Of a stretch of 40,122 nt of DNA, positions 1 through 12,000 are shown piece after piece. A program made the translations under genes and the position numbers. Each line of letters starts with the position of its first letter. Position 1 is the first letter of the stretch. The notes under the pieces were generated by a model. That model searched no databases. It was not told where the DNA came from and saw nothing but the letters and a program-made list of their open reading frames with translations. The DNA comes from Phoronis australis (Eukaryota; Animalia; Phoronida), in assembly GCA_002633005.1 (NCBI GenBank), contig NMRA01001206.1:1-40122 (forward strand), in the 5' to 3' direction.

Positions 1-30
1 AAAAGGAGGAGAAGAAGAAGACAAAGAAGG
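1..30 (+). CDS. Dab: Dab exon (partial), KEEKKKTKK(D)
   Basis: Donor G|gtgagt at 31. Phase 1 joins the AT at 3139 to give GAT. Basic patch typical of the Dab N-terminus. Confidence 0.75.
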
Positions 31-3000
31 GTGAGTATTTATGACCATCCTTGTTGAATGGGTCAGTTGGACTAATGACCTATGACCCATGTGTTATGTC
101 TGTTTTTAATTAAGTGTAGTGTCTGTTCATAGACACACACCACAGGTCACCAATGAGTGAGTTACAGCCCTGGGCTTTGAAGCTGTGAAGCCATGTTTTC
201 AATTAAGTTTATGACCCACCTATTTACAGTTCTCATTGGGTGTTGTCTGGCAGTGCACACTCGACTGGTCTTGTCACTTTACTTCAAAGTCAAAAGTTAC
301 AAGTCATGTCACTTGGAAAGCACTAAATTTCAGTGAGGTCACAAAGTGTATTCTGGCTTGTATTTTTGTCTCTTTCACTGAAAGCTGTGCCAGACTAAGA
401 AGTGAGAAAGGAAGTGGCTGAAAGCACAAAATTGAGTTTTCAGTATAAAACTTTCCTGCTATAATGCTTAACATGAGCTTACACTAGATTCTGAAAGGAA
501 ATTTACATCAGATTTCACAAATGTGGTCCAAAAGACCTGTCATTCAATCAGATGTTTTGAACCCATTCTAAGGTGTTTGAGGGCTACCTTAAATCGCAAG
601 ATTCCTCAGTCACTGCACTGCATCATAACACTGCTGTGGGAGGGGGCCAGTTCGAAGTAAATGAAGTGTGCAGCAAAGCTAGTGGAATTTTCTGATTCAC
701 AACAATTTCACGAGCACAAGGTAATCAGACTCGTTGAACGCTAGCGAAAACGCTAACATTTTAGCAAGACCGACGAGTTGTCTGCGAAGGAGTAATTTTT
801 GTTAGCATTTAGTTTTGTTTCCTCACCACTGGAGTCGCTTGTAATGGAAAATTGATGTCATAACACATTTACTCTCTGCCATAAATTGCTTGATATGACT
901 ATAGCACGAAGGCCTCTTACACCTGTGCATTTGGGTTCTTTGAAGTATTGAAGCGGCCTGGATACACAAGGTCTAGTGAAAACGCCAGTGGTTTTGGGGC
1001 CACTCAAACCTCCAGTAAAGCCCCAGCAATAATCACCCTTGTGACTATTCCCATTGCTGGCGTCTGCTGTTAGTGAAAGTGATAGCAAAAGGCTAACATT
1101 GTACTACGGAGAAGTGTTGGCAGTCAAATGGTCCAACAATCTGAAAAACGAAATGTCTGTTACATTTGGCAGTTTCAGTTTTGAAATAAGCGTGATTTTA
1201 CTGTTAATTTGAAGAAATTTAATTTGGAAACTGTACACAACCTCGTACTGTCAACTGCAGAGGAAAGGTTAAGTTGCAGCAGTGGTGTTTTGTACCAGCT
1301 GGTGATGACATGATTAATCCTGGAGTCACTTGGACTTTGGCTGTTAGTCTGGGTGATGTCATGGTGACCTCTGGTGTGCACCCAAACTGATAGTGCTGGG
1401 CGAAACTGATAGAGCTGGCCAGGGCGTGAACAAGCAATCACTGCTATCTGATTTATTTCTATACCTCCACCAAATGACTCATAGGGGTTGTTTTTATTCA
1501 TTAGTGTTTTGTGCCATGTGTTCCTTTGGTAAAGTTTGTTTGTAACCTGATGTGTCCAACAGTCTTTATCCAGCTATTAATAATAAAATTGAGGCAACTT
1601 TCATGAGACACACAATTAATTGAACATTTCCAAGTTTGTCAGTGGTTGCGGTTTTCCACAAAATGACAGTTAGCTGGAGTTACAATCATGCCATGAAGTC
1701 CCTGCCTTGTGCCACACAATACAATGCTCGACTGTCAATGGCAATATGTGTATCATGAAATTCACCTGATATTTGACACGCTAATCGCATGACATTACTA
1801 AGTGGGAATAGATGACACGTTAGAAGGTTTGTCTGTAGCGCACAACATCGTCATTCCAACTTCAGTTCATTCTTTAGCCATTGTCATCAAGCATATCATA
1901 GACAGTGTGCAAATGTGCTTTGGAGTTGTAGTCCAATGTTGAGGCCTGCATTTCTGTCCTTAGTGCCATCCATACACAGGACAAGTTGTTATAGGATAAC
2001 TTGAGCCACTTCTAATTGACCTATCGCAAGCTCCGCCCCCTTGCGTAATGTCGATTAACAAACAATAAGTTTTACCCAGCTACGGGTTGTTTGTGGGGTA
2101 AAATGGCGGCTTGGAAACAAAGGTGTGTCAAGAATGATGAGTTCTAAATGATCAGTTAAGCCGTCACTCAAAATGCTGGTGATAGGTCAATTCCTGTGTG
2201 CCTGCAAACCTGGGGCAAGGTGGACGTAATTATGAGCTGTGGTTATGCATGCAGACAAGTTTTCGTACTCACATTTGGTTTTCATTGCCACGCACTGAGC
2301 GACAACTTCCGCCTTGCCCTAGTTATTGGATATGTGTGTGTGGACGCACCATTCAAAAAGTGGGGAAAGTCGCACTAGTGCCTGGTTGTTCAAGGTGTTG
2401 ACAGTGGTCTGTGACACTAACTTGTGCCTAGTTGTTCCAGGTGTTGACAGTGGTCTGTGACACTAACTTGTGCCTAGTTGTTCCAGGTGTTGACAGTGGT
2501 CTGTGACACTAACTTGTGCCTCTGTTGACGCAGTCTTAACCTGAACATGTAAAGGGGAGGGAGTGTGGCATTAATGTATTGAGAGTATCAGTTGTTAGGG
2601 AACTAGAGCTTAGCGTTGTTAAGGCTTAGTTCTCAACAAATAAATGTTAATTTTGGTTTCATGTAATTATTATTATTATTATTATTATTATTATTTTGAA
2701 GATACACTTGTCTTTACATGCACAAATTTTGAACTCTGCGTTAATTTCGTCGGTCGAAAGATATCACAAAAGTATTTTCTTACAACCATGTTTGTGCTTG
2801 CCTCATTTTACTGTCAATTTCTTAATAATTTTTAAAAAGCGGGTGGGGTTTCCATGGAAACCTCATTACGTGTGGCAGCAGTTGAATGAGTGCCTGTAAT
2901 GCAGGAGTTGGGTGTCACTGACTAAAGGGGCGAATTTAGGTGGTGTTGGAGTTGCAAAAATAGATGATTAGGCTAAAAATTTCATGCAGTTAAGTTTGAA

Positions 3001-6000
3001 AATATTTGGAGTTGCATTGAATGGGCATTATTTGGACTTGAGTTTCATCTGAGCTGATTTGCGTTGGAATCCATTTACTGAAGTTTTTTTACTAAAATGA
3101 AGCAGACTTTTTTTAAACTATTTATTGTTTACTTACAGATAAAGGTGGAGTGAACAAATTTGCTGGCCAAGGAGTTTCATTTCGTGGTAAACTCATCGGC
3201 ATTTGTGATGTGCCTGAGGCGAGGGGTGACATTATGTGCCAACAATCAATGCAAAAACTAAAGGAGGGCGTGAAACAGATGGGTGCTCACAAACAAAAGA
3301 TTGTTATCAATGTGTCGCTAGTTGGCCTGCAGATTGTGGACGTCAACTCAATGGTATGTGCTTTACCACACATGGAGATGGGGTGATTTAGTAATCTTAT
3401 GTACAGTTCCGCTAGGTGGTGCTAGTGAATAAAAGATTTTTAGATGGAGAGCAGAAAATAGTTCATCATTATGCAGGGCCCTTAGCCCTTGAAATTGGTG
3501 CTGAACATCAACCCTATTCCCCTCAATAATATGTAGAAATCATAAAAACAGTGCAACACAAAAAAATCCCCTGTAAGTAAAAAACCTTGCAAAAATTTCC
3601 CTCTCGGTGAAGAATGCCTCGAACATTCCCCAAGTAGAAGGTACAGACACCTTTCCCCTCAGGTGAGTGGGGGTCCATGTATGTGTACATCTATGGGCTT
3701 CGTGTCTCCTGTGACTACTCAAGTACATTTCATTTATACAGGCAGGACTGGTGTCTCACTAGCGCCACCTTTTGAATTTCGAGTCACTCATTATTCTAGT
3801 AGTTTTACTGAAGAAACTTTTAAATTTTTACAGTATTAGAACAGTTTTCTTTTAGGTAGTTTTTTATAAGGCATGGCACTGTTAAGGTACATCTCAAGTT
3901 GCATTGAAATTTACTTAATAATTTGAAGAAGGCATGTATCCTTATGGTGCTATCCAACATGGCTCCATGACAGTATTGTCATCACTAGGTTCTGTATCCA
4001 ACATGGCTCCGTGGTAGTGTTGTCATCACCAGGGTCTGTATCCAACATGGCTCCGTGACAGTGTTGTCATCACTAGGGTTTGTATCCAACATGTCTCTGT
4101 GACAGTGTTGTCATCACTAGGGTTTGTATCCAACATGTCTCTGTGACAGTGTTGTCATCACTAGGTTCTGTATCCAACATGGCTCCGTGGCAGTGTTGTC
4201 ATCACTAGGGTCTGTATCCAACATGTCTCTGTGGCCGTGTTGTCATCACTATGTTCTGTATCCAACATGTCTCTGTGGCCGTGTTGTCATCACTATGTTC
4301 TGTATCCAACATGGCTCCGTGGCAGTGTTTTCTTCACGGGGTCTGGCTGTTTATGTTCAGGAGTGAAGTGTGGTGTTCTTTACAAATATTCACCAACTTA
4401 TTGATCCGCTAACAGTTATTCTCTCTGTTGGAACGACATGGAACAGAATCTTGAAATGTTTTGCCAGAAATCACAATGGATTCAAGCGTTACGTCACAAA
4501 TTATGTTGACGACTTGGATGTTCTAGTACAAATATGTGTATTTGCAACTGCGGTCATATACAAAAGCTCTTGTCTTTGATTAGTAATATTTTTGTGTGGC
4601 GTACATGACATTTTGCATTCAGCTGAACTGCCAGTCATTGCCAAAGATTATTTGTCATGAAATGCTCTTAAGACGGCAATCAAGTGAGGATGGCATACAA
4701 AAAGCCGTACCAATTTTAGAGAAAAGGCTCTGCTAAGGTCGATCTTTCAAAGAGTTTGAATATTTTTTTGTGATTTCCGATTATTCCTCAAAACATTGTC
4801 TCGTGGTGTAGGTTTATAGCTCCCTTGAACTGGTTTGGCATCTCACTGAAGTTTGGCACCTCACTGAAGCTGTCATTATTTATCACTGTCTTCTGCTACA
4901 TGCATTATGGGTAATGTTGAGGTTGTGGGTTCAGTTTGAAATAGGATCCGTCTCTTTAAAAATCGTGTGTTAGCCATTGCACGATGCCTGTGTGGCGTGA
5001 AACTGGAGTCATTAATACAGTGAATTTTGTTGATTGGTATTTAGAAATATTTACTCGTTTTCTTTCTCAGTTCCGTTTCTTCTGTCACAGGTACCCTGTC
5101 ATCGTCACCCTGTCCATAGGATATCCTTCATATCACGTGATGTCACTGACCAAAGAGCGTTTGGCTACATATTTGGCGACGCGGATGGCTCACACAAGTT
5201 TTTTGCTATAAAAACTGAAAAAGCTGTAAGAGTTTCGACTTATTTGTTTATTGTTGTGCCATTGTATATTTAGCATGTACTCAGTTTCTGCGTGCCTGTT
5301 CTTGCCAAAATTGTCAACAGTGTGTCAAATTTTAGGCGGACGGTTTTGCGCATATTTAGTTGTGATCTTAATGAAGAGTTAGTTTTGGACTTCTGCTGAA
5401 GATTATATAAACATGACTTTGTATTGGCCAAAACCTTCAGTATTGTGGAAAATTTGTTCAAGGTCATTATTGTTAGTTTTCAGTAAACCCTTATTCACTG
5501 CTGCTGGTAGGTAGTGTGTGGACTCCTTAAAGCTACTTTGAACTGTAACTCGTGAATTTGGTTGCAGTGATATGCTTCAAGCATCACTCTGAGCATATCA
5601 GTGTCATGAATTGTCGAATGCAATAAAAGGTCAAGCTTATTGACTTACAGTTTGTCTACGACATCATTCAGACCCATAATCAACATCAACTACTTTTGGC
5701 CATTCGTGCTTTGTTCTGTATTTTCGCAGTGACACAAAGTGATGTTGGAAAGCTGCATGTTTTGTTACTTGGTGTACTTTCTGATATAATACTATGGCTG
5801 GGTCTGTCTGGGTAGACCAGTGCATCTAAAATAATCTTCCTTTATAGTCAATACTTGTGTTAGGTTGTAAACCCCCCACCCCCCTGTTAATTACTGCTCG
5901 AAGTGTGTAAACTCTGGTTCATTCCCTCAAGCATCGTGTAAATCTTGTTAATTCATTGTACCTTCAGGCTGAACAGTTGGTGCTAACCTTGCGAGACCTG

Positions 6001-9000
6001 TTCCAGTGTGTGTTTGAAATGAAGAAGCAAGAAATGGAAGATGCCAAGCTTAAACAACAGCAGCAGTCAACAGAGGACGCCACTTACGATGTACGCATGT
6101 TATAGTCTCAGTTTGTGCAAAATGTGATTCAGGATGAGTGATTTGCATCTACAGCCTCTTGTCTGACTTATCGGCAATGAGACGACAACTGGTTAACAAC
6201 CGGTCGTCGAGCTGACTTCAATCTAACAAGCAACGTAGAAGTTGTTAGCTGGGTCCCCATTGCGGTCATCACATACATGGGAAGTCTGCGACAAGTAGAA
6301 AATCATTTCCTCATATTGAGGTGTATTTCTCAAATTTTTGTCCACGCAATAAACCAGCTTCTCATTAATAATCAAGTTGATGAAAAAGAAAAGCACAACA
6401 GGATGTTTTTAAGTGGAATATTCAAGAATCTGTGTTGAAGTCAAAACTGCAGTCAACTGTGCAGTCTGCTGCCAGTCTGCTGCCAGTCTGCTGCCAGTCT
6501 GCTAAAAATTAGCAGACAAGTCGGCTATTTTGTACCAGTCACCAACTCGTTTCTGACTGTTGGATAGGAATTTGTGACCTGTGTTGTATAAATACAGCCA
6601 AACAGTTTATGAAATAATCCTGAAATGCAGATTTGTCCATTATAATCACTGTTAGCAGATTCGTGGTCAGCTTTAATGACCTGTCAACACATGTCATGAA
6701 TGGGAAAACGTGACAGTAGTTTTGGCATGTTCTGTACATAGGATGTTTATCTTCTCTCGGTAATTGGTCTGTTGGAAATCCTTGAAATTTTGCTTATGAA
6801 CAGGAATGCCTTTATTGGTTTCATCGATATTATTTCAAGTTGTATTTCTTAAGCCTTTGTCTTGCATATCATAAACTTTGTCCTCATTGATGTTTTTCAA
6901 CAATCCATCTCAGATGATCATAGTGCACAATCTCTACGTATTGAATGATTCATTGGTTTTACACAACATTTTGAGTGGCCTTATCTGACTTGCTTGGAAA
7001 TGGAGTTGACGTGGGGTACATTTTGAAATGCTCGTTAGTAAGTCTTGTGATTTTTTCTGCTGTGTCGTTTGTTTTGTTTCATGTGTCATGTTGGTTATGA
7101 GTAATTTCATGGCTGGAAACAATTCCATGGCCACACTGCGATCCTTAAATTTCCAGTCTTGGACCTGCAGACACCAAACCCATGATTCAAATCGCCAGAT
7201 CCAGACCTCGATTCTACACGCACGCAAACCCGCACACACACTCTTACATACAAACGTCAGTGCACCATACCCGGTTACCAAATTCCAGTCCTGGTAACGA
7301 GATCCCGTGGCCGTACCTCTAGTCCTCAGCTGGTATTTAGAGGTGCAGCCTTGGAATTATTTCCTCCCCTTGATTTTGTGTTTCTGTTGTTAGGTTCCCA
7401 GTAGTAACGCCCCTGTTGCCACGGAAACTGGTGAAGATGGAGAAGCTCTTTATGCTGTGAGTTGGTGGGACATTCAGCTATATGCTGTTGCTAAGGAAGT
7501 GATGCAAGACACTTCCTGACTGCCTACATTTTTGATGAACAAATCTTTTTGCAAGCATATCTGAATAAATAACTTAACTCGAATTGGAATTAAAAAAAAA
7601 CATGTTGATTCCGTCTGCACAAAATGCTCTTGGATAATTACTTGACAAAATAAACTTAGTTGTAGTAGCAACATTCATAAAACACGCTTGCAGAAGTTAC
7701 CGACCACAACAGTCGTGTATAATGTGCCCACATTTTGAGAACCAGTTTGATGGCTGTTACTCAGTGGAGAAAACTAGGAGGAGGTCACTGATGCTAGACC
7801 TTGCCAAAAAGCAAGACTGTGAGATTCTGTTAGATATTGCCGTGAATTTATGTGAGAACGCGTGTTTTTGGCTAGATTTTAGCGATGTCCTAGCGCAGGC
7901 CCTAGCGTCACTGATCTCTAACCAGGTTCACAAAATGCGAGCACATTAGGTCAGATCATTGCTATAATCTACAGGAACGTTTTGCACGCTGTCGGATGGT
8001 GGTTGAATGAGCCCGCTAAATATAAGGCAAAGGGCATAGAGCTGGGCGAGCTTCATTGGAGAACATGAAATTTAGACTAGGCAAACAAACGTCATTACAT
8101 TACACTTAAGTTTATTTTGCAAACAATATATAGAAAATGTATGCAAACAAATCATTCGTAACGTACCGACTGGTGAAAAGAAATTTGATGTAGTTTCATT
8201 TTAGTACATGTTATTGAAGTTGAGAGAGCTAAAGTGTTGAGTCTTCGCGGTTGACTTCCCGCTCTTGTCAAAGTTGCACAAAATAAGATCGCTCTTGTTA
8301 TAATATTGTGGCATGTCGTGATTCCTATTGCTAACAGTGTTTGTGTTGCTTGTAGGTGCCTAGTAACAACACCCCCGTGGAGACGAACTCTGGCGGAATA
8401 GGAAACTTGCTGGACCTCCAGTCTGAGTTGAACACTATCCAACAGGTGGGCTGTCTGTGTATGGGTGAACTTGGGGTTGTGTATGGGTCATGCTATTTCA
8501 GTTGGTTGCTGTAAGACAAACATGCGCATTCATTGGAGAAACTTAACCAGGATTACATTGGAATCATTTGGAATCTGGGCAAACTTGGCAAGTTTTTAGT
8601 TACAACAATTTTGGTGTAAAAAGCTCTGCAATGTAACACCTGGCAGTGCACAGTAGCTAATATAGCTTTTATTAGTGATAAGTTATAACATAGGTCGCCA
8701 TGCTACTAGACATTAAACTTGTCCTTGGTGTTGCGATACAGTATCTCGTTTCTGCTTTCAGAGCTGGGTAGGTTGCTGATTGTTGGTAGTCCGGTACGAA
8801 TTCACTTTTCTATTGTTGGGTATAAATGCACCGTTTGTCATGGGATTCTGGAGCTTGTTTTTCAGAAATGTTTTATTGGCCAGCATCAAGTGATATCTTC
8901 AAATTGTTGCAATGGTAGAATACACGTCAACTGCATGGATTGTGATATGAAAACTGTTGGATTGAGTATAAATTATACAGCTGGCTGCATGCAGCTAACC

Positions 9001-12000
9001 TGAAGATGATGCAGCTATGTTCTTGTCACTGTGAAAATAGCACTCTGTAATTTATTCTTGTGTGGAACACTGCAGTAGATGGCTGCCATTTTCCAGGCCC
9101 AGGGGTTCATGTGTGCCTTTATCAACATGGGTATAGCTCTTGCTAATTGTGGTATCAAAATGGAAATGCTGTTTGCGGACTTTGGCATAGAAGTGGGAAT
9201 GGTTTTCACTAATTTTGTTTTATCTTTCACAAATTCATTTGCTGGTTTGTGTTTTTGTCAAGTCTGGTATTGTTGTGTGCTCTTGTGTCGTCAAAATGAC
9301 AGTCTGGGCTTAATGAATGAGACTGTTTGCGTTTCAAAATCACCATCACTTTGTATATTAAAAATCAATTTCAGTGTCATAGCATTTTCTGAGAAATAGG
9401 CTACAGTCTTTAAGGGCATGAAGACTTCATTCACAAAAGTAGTCTCATGGTGGTCACATGGCACTGTCTACTTGAAAGGGACATCTTCTGTATGGCCGCA
9501 ATGCTTTTTTGGGACTATTGTAGGATTGTTGCATTGACTTAAGATATGAAACAACAAAATTTGTTGAGTTTTTGTGATTTGCGACGTGGGCTCCCAGACA
9601 TTCATTGACATCAAGGCCGTAGTTGGCCATTTCAGTTTGGTTGAAAATCTGCTGTTTACTGCGTGGGAGCAATTATCATTCAGCTGCTGTTGCAGAGTGA
9701 GTGAGTTGGATTCCACGCTATTGCCAATTTCTTTCAAATTATTTTTCTCGCCGATAACGTCCCTTAAAGTCTCAATACCCTGACTGCATTGTGGATGAGT
9801 TGCAGACAGAATGGTGATCAATATGAGTCAAATGATGGGTAAGAAATTTGCGTCACTTGCAGAATGCTGGGACCTTCGCGCCACAGGGACTCTTTCCAAG
9901 AAACTGACTTAAATTCATTTTTTTACTTAAGTTGTGTCAATTTCCCAACATTGAAACTTCTATGTCCGGTTAGTTAGTGGAACTTAAGACAAAACTTGGA
10001 GTCAAAAACTTAAGATCACTTTCTTGGAACAGACTTCAAATTGAAGTTTTATATTAAAATTTGCTTACATTTAAGATTTTTTTTAGCTAATTCAGTTTTC
10101 TGGGAATGGGCCCCTGATCTTGCTTTGTCCTGTTTTGGTGGTTAGATGTTATAGTGCTGGTTTCCCTTGAGGCAACTTGGCTTTACCAGTTGATCGTTCA
10201 CACGATTCACCTGCCAACACGTTCACACGTTGCACCTGCCAACTCATTCACATGATTCGCCTACCAACACTGTCATGGGAAGATAATATGTTGGTCTGTG
10301 ATGGGGTCCCAGGCGGAATTGGCTGTATGAATTGAAGTGCTCAAATATATGGTGATTTAGGAGAATTGAATCGATAGGACTTTTGACGATGGCATTCACA
10401 CTTGGATATTTCACGTGTTTTCATGTGGGTGATATTAGCTGAGGTTGATGGGCTGAGTATTGTACTTTCACTCGACCTTCAACCTGGTACGCTGCATCAG
10501 TGTGGCATTGTGACTGACTCGTAAACAAAAGCAAACAACAACCGAACTTGTCACAGCCTAGGTATAACAATGGCCGACTCGACAGCTCTTACAGTCACAC
10601 TTTATGAGAAGAAATTGGCACGAAATTCTTGCCTCCCAAAACGTCACTTCCGGAGTAAAGGACGAATGATTAATTAAATTACGAAAATCTGTAATTAAGT
10701 GAAAAATACGTCTGGGATAACCAAACAACCCTATTTTTGCTAAAAATGACATGAAAAAGAGTTGTATTTCCCTTTAATGGCCATTACGGTAGGTGCCAGT
10801 GGCGGTACCTCTCGTAGGACTGGTGTAGTTACACTGTTAGGTGATGGTCCCCTTGTTCTGGATACTATACTGTCTTCTGTCTTGGTGCAACTTGTACAAG
10901 TGCCTAGTTGATGAATGCCATGTACTGGCTATTATAAATAGGTTGACTATTGTCGGGTCACAAATGTGAGACGGTAATTCTTCACTTATTTAGCATACAA
11001 TATGGCCGACGTGTGAAATACTGGCGTGTTAAATTTCTATGCAAAAACAAAGATCAAGACCATTTTAGTTAAATGGAAAGATTGTTTACTGTGTGTAGAT
11101 ATCATCATGATGAAACGTCATTTGCTAAACTTCCTATTGTTCACACAAAAATAATCAGCTATTGAATTTTCGCCATTTTTCTTTGATTTTTTTCACGAAT
11201 TGTTTCCATGGTGACGTTAAACAGTTGATGATGGCCAGCTGTCTCGCACGTTTCCACTTACTTTCAGGGCATACAGCAGATGGATGCATTTGGTGACTCT
11301 TTCTTCACCAGTCAGGCCGCAGCACCCGCAAGCGACCCCTGGGGGACAACGGCACAATCACCCACAACTGCTGTAAGTGCCATAGGATTATGGAAATCTG
11401 AACATTTCTGCGCTTAGTACTAATGTTAAAAAATAGCCTCGTCTTGAATGCTAGGGTCACACTTGTACAAAAAACCCGCACTAGCGCCCCCTTCCCCAGC
11501 ATTGTCACAACTGTTTGAATACGGTACAATCACCATAAGTAGTCATTTGGAAGTCAGCATTATTTTGGAGCTTCATGTTTTGAGTTGCAATACAGATTTA
11601 GTTCTTGGGGAAAATTGGACTTTTTGTGAATGCACGGCTAGATCCCTCCTGCCTCGTGTTGAGGGTGCTGCAGCGGGTACATTTTCTTGTCTCACACCTT
11701 AAAGCGATTGTTTTAGAATAGTTTTGATTGGCCAGTTAGCTTTGCCTAGCTTTGCTCTGCTTATGGTAAAAATTCTCCCAATTTGGACAGCAAAAAATTA
11801 ATTATTGTGCTCGGGGTCGGGGCTTGTACATAATTCTAAAAAATAAGCAATAATATTGTGTGTCCCACTTTCAAGAATCACTGGAAAGATGTTAAAATTA
11901 ACCACTGTGTAGATTGAAAACACATTATTTATCCAAAATTTGTCTAATGTGTTGAACGTCCCAAATTCTAGAATGAAGAAAATTAAATTTTTGCCTGAGC

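Noticed and set aside
3951-4330. Regular repeats here and at 12187, 15219, 21089 and 34170 as CRISPR arrays
   Set aside because: Head-to-tail units without unique spacers, in spliceosomal introns, with no cas genes: these are minisatellites
8719-9821. Cluster of 70-117 aa intronic ORFs as a nested gene or transposase
   Set aside because: No recognisable domains or coding bias; lengths are compatible with chance
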